Source: Microthyrium microscopicum (Eukaryota). Taken from it: a stretch of 64,000 nt of DNA. The notes under the pieces are model-generated. The model made no database searches. It worked only from the letters and a program-made list of their open reading frames with translations, and was not told the DNA's origin. A program made the position numbers and the translations under genes. The stretch covers positions 2,452,627 through 2,516,626 of the forward strand of contig MU004230.1 of NCBI GenBank assembly GCA_010405405.1, in the 5' to 3' direction. Positions within the stretch are counted from its first letter, which is position 1; each line of letters begins with the position of its first letter. Shown here piece after piece: positions 13,547 through 27,574 of the stretch.

Positions 13547-14379
13547 TTGGGGGAAAAGAAGAACATAATCAATGTAGTTTTATCAGTATATAGCATTCAG
13601 CATAGCGGGATGGAGGACTTGGTTTGGTCTGGTTTGGGTTTGGCTTTTCATTGTGAGCGTTACGATACCCTGAACACAACGTAATTCGAATCGCTCTCCT
13701 CCATCGCACTGCAAGTTGAATACTACATGTAACCATGTATTTTCTGGCCGGCGTCTTTCAAAATTACAGCTTTAAATCGTCGCATGGATCTTGATTAGCC
13801 CAGTGCCGATCGATAGGGCCACGTGCGGGAAGACAGCCATGTGGAACCGATTTATAGGAGGCACCAAATGACGTCGGGACCACGCCGCCTTGCTCAAGCT
13901 GCAAAGCAGGCAAAGCAAGCAGAGTTCGTGATCAAGTCTTTTCTAAAGCTCCAATTCGTCCCCTACTATATATCCACACGTCACGATTTATACGGTTGCC
14001 TAACGATAAATCCTAATATTCATTACACTTCTTTTGCGACTGCGTGATACCCATTCGAATCGACATTGTCAAGAATTGACCAGGGACCTTACTACTGCAG
14101 CCCACTTGCCGCATTCCTTCTTCGAACCTGTCTGGTGCAAAGTAGCACTTATGCTTTATTGACTCTACCCCAAAGGCAACGACAAGAGCTACCATTACTT
14201 CACCGATCTCAGGCAGGATTGACTGATTGAACTTTACCAAGTGACGTCTGCCCAACAGGTCCACGATGGTCAACGACCTTTGGCTCTAAACTCATACATC
14301 CCATAACCCTCCCAACTCGAACACGAATACACTCCATAATACACATCCCCGGCCCGGGTAACGGCCAACAATCGCCAAT

Positions 14380-17300
14380 ATGCTTGAGGGTGTCGTTGCA
14401 AACCTCCTCAATCGGTTCTTGGGCATGTACGTCCGGAACTTTGATGCCAAACAGCTCAACGTTGGCATCTGGTCAGGCGATGTCAAACTACGCAACCTTC
14501 AGCTTCGCAAAGAAGCTCTGGACCAACTCCACCTCCCTCTCAATGTCGTCGAAGGATATCTGGGAGAGCTTACACTCTCAATTCCATGGTCGAACCTCCG
14601 AGGTAAACCAGTCAAGATCCAAATCGAGGATATCTTTCTTCTAGCCGCCCCACGAGAAGATGCCGATTACGACCCAGCCGAGCAGGAGAGACGTGATCAT
14701 ACTTTGAAGATGGAAAAGCTTGATAGTGCAGAAATGCTGAAAGAACGGAATACGGAGGGTATGAGCCAGGAAGAACAGAAGAAGAGCCAGAGCTTTACAT
14801 CAACGTTCATCACGGCTGTTGTGGACAATGTGCAGGTCAGCGTCAAAAACATTCACATCCGATATGAGGACTCGATCTCGGATCCTGGACATCCATTTGC
14901 GCTTGGATTTACTCTCGAGGGCTTTGATGCTGTTTCTACTACTAATGAGTGGCAACCCACATTTATTCAGAGTTCGTCAGATACCACCCATAAACTTGCT
15001 TCACTCAAATCTCTGGCCGTATACTGGGACACAGACGCCAAGTTGCTTGGTACTGGAAAGGGATCCCAGGAAGGATTAGACCACGACGAGTTCATGGAGA
15101 AATTCCGGGCCATGGTGAACAGTCCAGAAGAAGCTGAACACCAATATATCTTAAAGCCAGTGACAGGTCGAGCTGGTCTAGAACTAGACAAGACCGGCAA
15201 ATCAGATCGACCAAAGATCAAGGCCAAATTACTCTTTGACGAACTTGGCTTCGTTCTCGATGACGACCAATACCGGGATGCTCTGATGCTCGTTGACTTG
15301 TTCCACTACTTTATTAGACATCAGGAATACAAGAAATTCCAACCGAAAAGCTCGCCATCTGAAGACCCGCAAGCATGGCTCAGGTTCGCTGGGCAGGCAG
15401 TGCTGGATAAGATACATGAGAGAAACCGACAATGGTCTTGGGACTACTTCAAGGAACGTCGAGATGACCGGCTACGATATATCGAACTCTTCAAGAAGAA
15501 AAAGAAGGAAGAGAAGCTCACACCTGAGGAAACTACCGATATCGATCGTCTTGAGCACAAACTCTCATATGAAGATCTTCGATTCTGGCGCTCACTAGCA
15601 CGTAATCAGCTTCGAAAAGAGAATGTAGGCGTCACAAAGCAGCCCAAGAAGCAGACTTGGGGCCAGTGGGTATGGGGCTCCTCCCAGCATGAGGATGCCG
15701 CAGACGACAGCCAAATGAGCGAGGAGCAACGCAAGGAGCTCTACTCAGCCATCAATTTTGATGAAAAACAATCTCTTGCAGACGATATTGATCGGCCGAA
15801 AGAATATGTTAAGATGCAATTCGATCTGAGTCTCCGAACAGGCAGCTTTACGTTGAAACGCGATCCTCATGGAAAGAGTACCAATGTTCTACGTCTGCTC
15901 TTTGACAACTTCAAGACCGAGTTTGCAAAGCGAACAGATTCGTTGCTATTGAATGTTGCTCTCGATGGCATGAGATTGTATGATGGCACGATACCTAACA
16001 GTCTCTTCCCTCAAATCATCAAGATCAAGGACGCCCCTGAAATTCCCGATGATCAGAGAATCCAAGAGCTCGATGATGCCTTTGGTGATGGTGAGGATAA
16101 GCCAAAGGAGCAGAGTGATGACGAGAATGAAAAAGGAGACGACGAAAAGCTCAAGGATGATGCCGCAGCTCCAAGTTCTGACGATCCGTTCTTTCAGATG
16201 GAATTTGAGAATAACCCACTGGATGGTTCCGCCGATACTGCACTGAAGCTTAAATTGAAAGCCATGGAAATTATCTACAACCCAGTCTTCGTCTCGGAAG
16301 TTGTCAAATTCTTCAAGCCGCCAGAGCGACACATGGAATCTATTGGAGCTCTCATGGAGACCGCTGGTGCGACTGTCGAAGGCATTAGACAACAAACTCG
16401 AGCTGGTCTAGAATTTGCTCTCGAAGAGCACAAGACGATCAACGCGCAGTTAGATCTTTATGCACCTTTGATCATCATTCCAGACTCTGTCACTGAGAAG
16501 TGTTCAATTTGTCTGATTATTGATGCTGGCCATGCCAAAGTGTCCAGCGAGTTGGTCGATAAGGAGACCATGAAAGATGTGAAGACAAGACAAAGTCAGC
16601 AACTATCTGACAAAGAGTTCAAGCAGCTTGAGAGTCTGATGTATGACAAGTTCAAACTACGGCTGGAATCTACACAAGTCCTAATTGGCAGCTCTATCGA
16701 AGAAGCAAAATCACGACTTGAGGGTGAAAATGCACAGAAGGATCTTCACATTGTCGACCGAATCAACATGGATTTTCTCATTGAGATCTGCATCATTCCA
16801 AAGGGCACTGAGTTGACCAAGTTCCGCATTTCGGGTAACTTGCCAGTTTTGCATGCATCATTCTCGGACTCGAAATACAAGAAGCTCATGAAACTCATCG
16901 ATGTGGCAATACCCAAATTCGACGATGATGAAGACGAGCCTCGGAGACCGAAGCTGAGTTCGCCAGACCAAGAGCGAGGCAAGGAAACCGATCCTTTCGA
17001 TGATAGGAGAAAGTCTTATCAGCTTACCTCCAAGAAGGATTTGGTCCTTGAGGACGATAGTGATCATGACGACCAGATACCTCAATTAGATGGCTCAAAA
17101 CGAGCCAAGACAGAGTCAGAAACGCCTGTGCACCAGCGGAATTTCGAATTGAAGTTTACTGTTGATAAACTCCAAGGCTCGCTCTACAAATCCGACCCAG
17201 ATGGCAAGAAGCCCGATACCCTTTTGGTGGAGCTCATTGCTGAGCATTTTGGATTCGATTTTACTCTCAGGCCGTATGACATGTCCGCTGAAGTCAAACT

Positions 17301-20300
17301 ACAGAGCCTCATTGTTGAGGATCATATCGAGGAGAATCCTGTCCCGGAGTTCAAAAATCTCATCTACTCTGAAGGAGCCGACTCGTCCAAGGCAGGAGAT
17401 TTACTTCGTTTCAAATTCATGAAAATCAACAAGGACTCGCCTGAATTCCAGTCAAAGTATCGCGGCATAGCTATGAACATTGATACTACAGTGTCTACGA
17501 TCAATCTCGTCGTTACTCGACGAACACTGCTAACTCTCCTCGATTTCATTCTCCTAACATTCACCAATCCTAATTCCGATGAGGACACTTCAAAGGACAA
17601 AGCTATACAGTCTAAAGACAGTAAATCCAAGCCTGTTCAACAGCAAGATGCTAATGCAGACAAAATCAACATCAATGCTAAACTGAAAGGTGTCGCTGTG
17701 GTCTTAAACAATGATGGCATTCGACTCGCCACCCTCAGTCTCAAGACAGCAAGCGTTGTTGTCTTCCTCGATGGCGGCAAAATGAAAATTGCTGCACATT
17801 TAGGCGACCTGGATCTAATTGACGATGTCAATCAAGGAGTGCCAGAAACTTCACCATTGCGACAGCTCATTACTATCCAGGGAGATGAACTAGCTCACTT
17901 TACATATGAGACGTTTGATTCCAAGGCCAAATCATACCCTGGCTACGATACCTCCATTTATCTCCGTTTAGGCTCCTTGAAACTCAACTTTGTCACTGAG
18001 CCATTCCGCAAGCTCATGAACTTTGGTGTGAAATTCGGAAAGATGCAAGCGATCTTCAACGCTGCACGCCAAGCTGCTGCCAACCAGGCCAGTCAAATAC
18101 AAGAGAGCGCAAGCAAGATGCATCTTGACATTATTATCAAGACTCCAATTATTGTGTTCCCTCGCTTAGTAGTTACGGATACTCCAGAGCGGGATGCTGT
18201 CACAGTGGATCTTGGAGAAATCTATCTCAACAACAAGTTTGTCGCATTAGACGATTCCTCAGATTCGATTACTGGCAATAAAATCTCGACGGGAATTCGA
18301 AATACTAGACTAACGTCACTCTTCCACTTTGAGGATGAAAAGTCTGAGGAGCTCCAAGTTATTGAAAAGGTTGATCTGGACTTTAGCATCACTTATGTGG
18401 AGCACAAGGCAGGTCTACGACGACCGGATCTCGAAATAGCTGCGAACATGTCGGATATTAATTTGAGAATCACCCCTGAGCAGATGAAATTCTTGCTGGA
18501 ACTTGCTTCCTCGATACCTGCTGCGTTCGCCGCTGATTCTGATGACGAGGTAGTAGAGGCGGTCGAAGATGAGCTTCCAGAGGAAACTCTCTCTCCTGCA
18601 AGAAAGGCAACGGATGAGCTCGATAAGAAGAGTCAAGACTCCAAGGGCAAAGAAGTCGCCAAAACCGACAGCGAAGTCTGGAGTAAACTTGATCTTGTCT
18701 TCAAAGTTGGCGCCATTGGGCTTGAATTGATTAAGGGTCATGAAAACGCACCAGTCGGCGACCTAGTCAAAGCGAGCTTGTCGAAGTTCTCCTTGAATCA
18801 AACTCATTTGAAGCTGAAGATGATGAGTGACAACTCTCTGGAAGCCGAGCTTCTTGTTCAATCGTTTACGATTGAGGATACACGAGCTCAAGGCACAAAC
18901 AAATTTCGCAAAATCATGTCTCTTATCAACACTGATGTCAGTCAGCAGTTTATGGCAAGCCTTTCCATCTCTGGCGGCGAGGAGAGACACCTTACAGCAC
19001 TTTTGGACGTCGACAGTCCTCGGATTATCCTTGCGCTTGATTATCTCTTCGCTATCAAAGCATTTGTGGACCGTGGTCTTGCATCCGAGCAACCGGCAGA
19101 AATCGAAGAATTAGAAGAGCATTCGGAGACAGAAAGCGACTCTCCCATTCACGGGGATGCCGTGAGCCAGTCGCAGATCAGCTCATCTAAGGGAGAAGAT
19201 TCTACTGCTAGCAGTGGTGGCATGGAAACCTCCTTCCGCGTCAACATTGTTCATGCTCAAATTGTTCTGCTCGCAAATCCTACGATCAAGAACTCGGAGG
19301 CTATCGTGCTTGGAACAAAGCAAATCCTTGTGGCTAAACAACATGCTATGACACTCCAAGTCGACAAGGTTGGCATGTTCTTGTGCCGCATGGATCAATT
19401 CGAGAAGAACAGATTACGTATACTGGATGATTTCAGCATTAGAACTGCGCTGGATATGCGATCTCAAGGAAAACAATCCTCTGTAACCAGCATCCATGTC
19501 GAAGTCGATCCTCTCGTCCTGCGTCTTTCCCTTCGCGATATCCTACTGGCTATGCAGATCTTCAATCGTGCTTCGGCAATCTCGAACGAAGGCTCAGATA
19601 CGATAAGTAGTCCGGAGCCGAAGAAACTTACTCCTCCGAAGAATACACGCGCACTGTCAAGCACTCACAAGGCCAAATCTACAGCTCCGTCGAAGGGCCC
19701 TGGCGCAAAGACCATTTCAACACAAAAGTCTGGATCAAAGCAAATCGATCTTCCCGTAAGACAAGGATCAGCCATCCTGTCAAAAGAGGAAATGAATATT
19801 CAAATGGACGGCATTCGAGTCGTACTTATAGGTGATAAGCATGAACTGCCAATGCTTGACTGGAGCGTCAAGAAGTTTGAGGTTACTGTGCGCGACTGGT
19901 CTACATCGATGATCGCCGACACTAGGATCGACACTTTCATCAATGTCTTCAACTTTTCAAAATCTGCATGGGAGCCATTGATTGAGCCGTGGCAACTTGG
20001 TTTTCATATGGCCAAAGAGACGAATCCAGAGAAGTTGAGCTTGGATCTGTATTCCAGGAAGTCGCTAGAGCTTACACTGACGGTCGCGACGATCGCTCTC
20101 GCGTCAAAGTCGTTTGACTTTTTGAGTAGTGAGCAGGATGTGTTGTCCAAGCCAAGAGGATTGGACTCGCCGTTCAAGATCCGAAATTATACTGGATTCA
20201 CAATCAATGTCTGGGCTGCTAATGAAGGCTCCGACGATCCCAACTCGGCTGCCAAATTGGAAGATGGCGAGGATTGCCCATGGCGATTCGAAGATCCAAT

Positions 20301-23300
20301 GACAACTCGAGAGTCTCTTTCACAGCAGGGTGCCACTGGTGTGGTAGGTGTTCAGCTGGAAGGCAGCGGTTTTGAAAGTCTGAGCAAAATACCAATTACT
20401 GGCGAGGGCGAAACGTTGTATAACCTGCGACCTAAGCAAGCCAATGTTCAACATCGTCTCCTCGTCGAAATCAGTCTGGGTGCCGACAATGTCAAATACA
20501 TCACATTCAGATCACCGTTATTGGTGGAGAACAATACTCAAATTCCAGTCGAACTTGGAGTCTTTGATCCGGATGAGGGCCATATTCTCAAGATCGAGAA
20601 GATTCAGCCTGGCGATGCTCGACCTGCTCCTGTTGGCGCAGCTTACAAGCACTCGTTGATCGTCCGTCCTGATCAGGGCTTTGGATATGCGTGGTCATCT
20701 GAACGGCTGTTCTGGAAAGATTTGCAGCGAAAACCGACAAGAGCACTGACCTGTCGTGGAGAGTCGGATGATCAATCTCCGCCATTCTTTTTCCAGATGA
20801 ACGCTGTTTTTGATCGAAAGGATCCTTTGACTGGTGTTTATCCGCATATGCGTATCAAGCTTCATGCTCCAGTTGAAGTTCAAAATCTTCTGCCATTCGA
20901 TTTCAAGTATCGCATCTTTGATCATAGCACAAAGAAGGATTGGACAAACTTCCTCCGCAAAGGAGGCGTCAGTCCTGTTCATGTTGTTGAATTGCAGCAT
21001 CTTCTCATGATGAGCATTGATTTGCAAAATGATCTCTTCAAACAAAGCGAGTTTACCGTCATCAATTCTTCCGACAAGGAGCAGTTCAAGCGAGAGAAGT
21101 CGATATCGATCAAAGACAAAGACGGGCTGTCGCTTAAACTCAAACTCCACTATTTCACCATCCCTGACAGTGGTGGTGCTTTCAAGGTCACAGTATTCAG
21201 TCCCTACGTTGTCCTCAACCGCACTGGTCTTGATCTTGATGTTCGTTCTGAGGGCTCCAAGCTATTTGGTTCTTCACAGGGCGTCGCTGGCCACTCTTCC
21301 CTCATTGATGTCGATGAAGAAGAAGTGAAAGGTGCTCCGTTCATGTTCTCGTTTCCATCAGAAAACAGAAAAAATCGAGCTCGAATAAAGGTTGGCGATT
21401 CTCAATGGAGCTCGCCTCAGAGTTTCGATGCCATTGGTAGTACCTACAATGTCACGTTGAAGTCTGCTTCTCAGCGCACTGAGATGAATGTTGGCGTTTC
21501 CATCGTTGAAGGCGAAGGCAAGGTATGTAAACTCAGCTCTTATGACGAAAGCTGATGGCTAACATGATTTAGTACAATCTGACTAAAGTTGTGACCATCA
21601 CCCCTAGATTCATTGTCAAAAATAAGATTGGCGAAGAGCTCAATATCAGGGAGCCTGGCTCTTCCGATTTCATGACTCTTAAGAATGGCGAGCTTCTACC
21701 ACTTCGATTCCTGCGACAAAGTGGCTCACAGCAGCTCTGTCTCTGTTTCCCTGGCGTTGATAATCAATGGTCTGCACCATTTGACATTGCAAATGTTGGC
21801 AGTGTTCATGTCAAGCTCGCGAAGGCAAGAGAACGCCAAAAGCTGGTAAGAATCGATGTTCTTATGGAACAAGCAACACTGTTCTTGCACATAAGCATCG
21901 AGACCAAACACTGGCCATTCTCCATGCGAAACGAAAGCAACGTCGAATTCCTCTTCTGGCAGACCAACCCGCATGTCAACGATGATGACGAGGAGATCCG
22001 CGGTACTGGATGGAAGCCAGTCCGCTATCGCCTTCCACCTCGAAGTGTGATGCCTTATGCTTGGGACTTCCCTGCTGCTAGAAAGAAGGAGATTATCCTC
22101 TCGGCTGGTCGTGTCGAACGAGCTGTTAAGTTGGCAGAAATTGGCACACCACCGCCAATGAAATTACCAGCAGTAGAGAATCGCAGGGGCGCCATTATCG
22201 AGCTCAGTATTGCTGCAGAAGGTCCGACGCAAACTTTGAAAATTGCCAATTTCAAACCACAACACAGTCTCTATCGTCAAAAGACCATGGCAGCATCGCA
22301 GTCTAGTATGTCTGGATTCGAAGTCAAGGATCAGGATACAGAAGTCACTCTAAGCGCGAAACTTGCTTTTGCTGGCATTGGTGTTTCGTTAGTCAACAGA
22401 CAGCTTCGAGAACTGGTCTACCTTACACTTCGGGATATTGAGCTCAAATATTCTGATTCGCATCTTTACCAAACTGTCAAGGCTACCATCAAATGGATCC
22501 AGATCGACAACCAGCTCTACGGCGGCATCTTCCCTATCATTCTTTACCCAAGTGTTGTTCCAAAAACAGGCAAAGAACTCGAAGCGCATCCTATTCTACA
22601 CTCCGTTATTACTCGCGTCAAGGATGACTCGTATGGAGTTCTTTACATCAAGTATTTCACCATCCTTCTTCAACAGTTGACTGTCGAGATTGACGAGGAC
22701 TTTATCTTTGCTCTTCTTGACTTTGTCAAGGTGCCCGGCGCTAGCTGGTCCGAGCCTTCGGAAGACAAGCTCTGTGATGACAATCTGGATATCCCCGAAC
22801 CATCACAAGAAGAGCAAGGCCAGGATATGTACTTCGAACTACTTCACATTCAGCCCATGCAATTCGACATCAGCTTTGTTCGAACGGAGAGGATCAACGC
22901 CGAGGATACAATGGCCTCATCACGCAATCCTCTCATGTTCATGGTCAACGTTTTGACAATGTCGGTGGGCAATGTCAATGATGCGCCTATCAAATACAAT
23001 GCCTTGATGCTCGAGAATGCTCGAGTTTCACTGAATTCTCTGTATGACCGAGTCAAGACCCACTACATCCAAGAGTCCATTCGACAAGTCCACGTCGTCA
23101 TCGGATCTGCCGATTTCTTAGGTAATCCCGTCGGCCTATTCAATAATCTAGCATCAGGAATACAAGATGTCTTCTACGAGCCATACCAGGGTCTGGTAAC
23201 CGAACGACCCGAAGACTTAGGTCTTGGCATCGTCAAGGGCGCCGGCAGCTTCGTCAAGAAAAGCATCTTCGGCTTCAGCGACAGTATGGCCAAATTCACC

Positions 23301-24041
23301 GGCTCTGTCTCCAAAGGTCTCGCCGCCGCAACAATGGACAAGGAATTCCAAGATAAGCGCCGCATGTCTCGCAATCGAAACCGTCCTAAGCATGTCCTTT
23401 ACGGTATCACGTCAGGAGGTAATGCATTTAGTAGCTCGCTTGCCTCTGGGATCGGTGGTCTAGCTCGCCACCCGCTCGAAGGTGCTGAAAAAGAAGGCGT
23501 CGCAGGCTTCATGAAAGGTGTAGGAAAAGGCGTCCTCGGCATGGCCACCAAACCCGCAATCGGCGCGTTCGACCTCGCATCCAGCGTAGCAGAAGGCGTC
23601 CGCAACACAACCACAGTTTTCGATCAAGATGGTCTCGACCGCGTCCGCCTAACGCGCTTCATCGGCATTGATGGCATTGTGCGTCCGTATGCTCAGCGAG
23701 AAGCACTCGGCCAATTCTGGTTGAAGACACTTGATAATGGCAAGTACTTTAACGACGACTATCTCGCGCACTTGGAACTCGAGGGACGCGATATGATGGT
23801 CATGCTCACATACACTGGCATCTTGCTTGTAAGAACCAAGAAGTTGCATGTGGAGTGGGATGTGAGTCTTAAAGATGTGCAGACAATTTCAAAGGAGAGG
23901 ACGGGAATTGCTATTTCGTTGCAAGGAGGAACTAACGGGCCGTTTGTGCCGGTTAGTGATGAACAGGCGAGGAACTGGCTGTATCGACAGATTGCGATTG
24001 CGGTCAATGCTTATAATGATAAGTGGAATGCGAAGGGATAA
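14380..24041 (+). CDS. VPS13: Vacuolar protein sorting protein 13 (bridge-like lipid transfer protein), about 3203 aa
   Basis: Chorein N-terminus MLEGVVANLLNRFLGMYV..GIWSGDVKL. One intron 21523-21572 (GTATGT..GCTAAC..TAG) joins the two long ORFs in frame. C-terminal motifs IQIDNQL, GSADFLGNPVGLF and PLEGAEKEG. Confidence 0.97.
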
Positions 24042-24265
24042 ATTAGTGGTGGAACCAGTCAAGATATGTCTTTTGGTTGGGTTGTCTTTGGTGGGTAGCC
24101 GGTACACAAGCATGGCGTATTGGATTAGATTGAACACATAAGATATCACGAGAGCTCTCCTTAGTTTTTAGCCAGCATGTATATGTAGCATGTATTACGA
24201 GGGATCACCGCAATGAAAAGTCTCTTTTCTGTTCGACACTGCATACATTGATATGGTTTGTTTCA

Positions 24266-25393
24266 TTAATCGTTTATTGAAGTAATAATTACAGAGCCCA
24301 GAGATATCTCTGACGGCGATGTTGATGCGAGCGCGTAATGCCTCACTGAGCCTTGAACTTCAGATTCTGTCGATGCTTCGTCCGCTACGGAGGGTGCGGT
24401 ATCTCCATATGCTGAGCGCATAAAGTCTGACATGTTATCCAGAGATTCCAAGTCACTTTCTTCCAGTACAGTATTTATCTGCGCAGGGTTGGAAACCATT
24501 GAAGTCAGTAGTTTCGCAAATGCAGATGTGAGCTGCTGGAATTGCTGCTCGGTCAGCGCTTTGGTGCCGTATCGAGCATATTCATATTGCTCGAGGAAAT
24601 TCGCCGCCTCGCTTGGTCGTTCCGGCGGTTCAATCACACCTAACGATGACAGATGTGAGAGGTAGTCTCGTAACCCCATGCCTGCTGGCCTTTGTAGTAA
24701 AGACACTGCTCTTGGATCTGGCTGGCTCTCTGAATTGTCGATGGAGCTGCTATCTACCGGAAACGTCGGATCTGCTGGTGCCAATGACACAGCCTTGGCC
24801 TCCAAGAGATGAGGCAATTCAATCAGAACCGTCCAATATTCAATACTCTGTCCCTCCCCTAGTGCCACCGCAGGCGAAGACCAGCCCGGATGCGTAATAT
24901 GTCCCCACGCACGCCGTGCTGTCCTTGCAGGTATAACCTTCGATCCTTTATCACTGATCTTGCGATGAAACAACCTTCTTCTACCCTCCAACTCCCCGTC
25001 CTCCTCTGCAAGTTCCGCCGACACTTCCTGGCTAACATCGCGTGGTCGTGAATCCCAAGCCACCATTGCACTTCGTTGCCACTGCCTCTCAATCATTTTT
25101 CTAACTTTCTTGGGTATCTCGCCAGCATCTATGGGGACGTAGGTCTTGGGGATATCGCGGAGAATAGCGCGGTTGGTGTAGATGCGACTGGCCCAGATGA
25201 AGAAGCAGAGAATGGCGGTGGCGACATAGACGGCGGCGACGGATATGACATCGCGGAGAGTGGAGTTTTTGGCGGATTGGTAGACTAGGTCGGCGGGGGA
25301 GACGATGGTGAGGATGAGAGCGAGGAGGAAGCAGATGATGAAGGCGGTAGAATACCAGAGTTTGAAGTAGGGGATTTGAATGGAGCGGGCCAT
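24266..25393 (-). CDS. DLT1: Defect-at-low-temperature protein 1 (Dlt1)-like membrane protein, 375 aa
   Basis: Single exon from ATG 25393. Two N-terminal TM helices, then SRIYTNRAILRDIPKTYVPI, HITHPGWSSP, ELPHLLEAKAVSLAP and YEYARY. Confidence 0.75.
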   Translation of the reverse strand: MARSIQIPYFKLWYSTAFIICFLLALILTIVSPADLVYQSAKNSTLRDVISVAAVYVATAILCFFIWASRIYTNRAILRDIPKTYVPIDAGEIPKKVRKMIERQWQRSAMVAWDSRPRDVSQEVSAELAEEDGELEGRRRLFHRKISDKGSKVIPARTARRAWGHITHPGWSSPAVALGEGQSIEYWTVLIELPHLLEAKAVSLAPADPTFPVDSSSIDNSESQPDPRAVSLLQRPAGMGLRDYLSHLSSLGVIEPPERPSEAANFLEQYEYARYGTKALTEQQFQQLTSAFAKLLTSMVSNPAQINTVLEESDLESLDNMSDFMRSAYGDTAPSVADEASTESEVQGSVRHYALASTSPSEISLGSVIITSIND

Positions 25394-25659
25394 GGTTGGA
25401 AGGGAGGAAGGGTTATTGGATTGTGGTGGTTGAGGGGTTATGTATGAGCCTCGTGGGCCTCTTGGCTGGATTGTCCATGCCAAATGGTATGATAGTTGAA
25501 AGATATAAAGTTGCGATCTCACTCATGGAGTATACCCATGCCCAGAGTCCTGAACATCCCCGCTAGGGGATGTTCACCGTTCAAACCGCCAACCGTTCGA
25601 ACCGCCAAAATGCTAAAATAATTACCAAATCCTATATACCTTAGTTCTTTTTGATCCCC

Positions 25660-27351
25660 TACTTTATATCCTTATTATAACTACTTTATTTTAGTATTTT
25701 TAGAATACTAGAGGCCCTAAACGCGTAGAAACGTAGTAGTTAGATCTTAAAAATAAAGTACGCTTAGGCTTATAATATTAATATACGTACCTTTATAGAC
25801 TATATTAATAAACGCGCTTTATAAGAAGAATTATTTCCTTATAATATACGTTTATACCTATATAAAGAATAAGTAATATTATTATTTATAAAGAAGCTTT
25901 ATAAGCTTAGAATTAATAGAAATATTATTATAATCTAAACTATAGCCTAGTAGTAAATCTATCTTTATCCCTATTAGCCCTTTGATCCTAAGCCTCTTCC
26001 TCTAGGCTAAAATTAGTTCTACTGCTTTATAACCTATTTTCGTAACGAATTACGTCTTTAAACTAATAATCTAAAAGAGCTAGATAGAGCTATAGCTAAG
26101 GATCCTAATAAAATTAAGAAATAGTTTAATAATCTTAAAGAGAAGTTTAAAAAGCTTAGAATTTAACTTAAAGACCTTTAGAACGTTAATAAAGGTAGAT
26201 TTAGGCTTAGGATTAGCAGCAAAGAGAGGGTCGTTATTCTTATTAGTAAAAGTAAGAATAAGAAGAAGAAGAAGAAGAGATAAAAGATTATAGCTATAAA
26301 GGATTTAAAGTAAGAACTTATTACTATAATAGAGTATATAAGTATTACTAGTAATTATATTCTTTTATAGGTAATTTTATTATTAAAATCTAGCAAAGTA
26401 TAAGAAAATTAGGTTTATAAGATATTTATTCCTAAGGACTAGTATATTAACACTTCTAAATTAGCTTATATAAATAATAAGATCCTTCTTAGTTAGATAA
26501 AGTATTTTAATAACGTTTCTAAAGCTTAATAAGTTAGTAAATTTAGGCTTTTATTAATTAATAGCTACAAGAATTAATAAATAAAGAACTTCCTATAATT
26601 TTACTTTAATTAGAAAATAATTCTTTACTTCTTATTACTTTATACTTTTTAGATTCTTTAACTATTAGATATTATAGTGTTTTAGCCTTATAAATACTAG
26701 TATAGAAAGGCTATTAGTAATCTTACTTATAAGAGGATTTTAAACCTCTTTAAAGTTAACTTTTTAGATTAGATTAGTAAGATCTACTATAAAATAATAA
26801 AAATAGGTATAATTAAGAAAAGCTTTAAAGATTCTAGAATTTAGCCTTTTAATTCATTAATAGTCCTTAATAATTTAGTAGAAGAAGAGATAAAGGAAGA
26901 GAAATTAACCCTAGATTAGTTTTTTATAGAGGAGATATTTCTAATACTAAGATTAAAGCAAGATATTAATTAAATTTAAGAGAGTATTTAGCTAGAACTA
27001 GTCTATCCTTATAAAGCTTTTATTAAATATATAAAAGCGTTAAATATTACCTTCTCTTAATACTAAATATATAATCTTTAAATTAGCAAGATAATAGTAG
27101 CTTACGCTAGGAAGACTAAATTATAGTTCTTTAAGAGGTCTATTAACGCGCTTATTAGTAAGCCTTATAAAATATAAGTTAAACGACTTTATAAAGTAGT
27201 TTAGAATTAAGTAGATAAAGAATAGGTAAAGATACGACGTAAATAGGTAAAGGTAGCTAAAAAGGCTACTCTTAAAGTAAGTATTAAATACGTTAAACCT
27301 AGCATAATACTACTACCTAAGGATTTACGATTTAGTAATAGGATTAGACCT
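25660..27351 (+). pseudogene. RIP-degraded DDE transposase of transposon A (boundaries approximate)
   Basis: Degenerate motifs, with the inferred original in brackets: NVNKGRF [NVDE.GF] at ~26182, LLLINSY [LLLIDGH] at ~26548, *LLDIIVF*PYK [QPLD..VFQPYK] at ~26659. Many TAA/TAG stops. Confidence 0.85.
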
Positions 27352-27574
27352 TGTGAGGAGCTAATGGGCACGATTAGGCGAGTAGAAAGTAGCTAGTATT
27401 ATAGGATCTAAGTATGAAGAGAAGAGATCTAGGGATGTAGCTATGAATATAAAGATATAGGGCCTAGGGGATCCTTAGACACACTAACCCTAAATAGGAT
27501 AAAGAGATCTTATCTATAGGATTAGATCTTAGCATCTAAATACTATAATACTAAACTTATAAGGATTCCTTATA
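27352..27574 (-). repeat. 3' LTR of retrotransposon 1
   Basis: 223-bp direct repeat of 34836-35058. The differences I compared are C/T or G/A transitions. Confidence 0.93.

Noticed and set aside
14384..24149. Many short ORFs overlapping VPS13 on both strands
   Set aside because: Shadow frames of a long coding sequence, with no independent motifs.
25394..25522. 43-aa N-terminal extension of DLT1 shown in the ORF track
   Set aside because: It starts at a non-ATG codon; ATG 25393 has good context (ACCATGG) and directly precedes the TM region.
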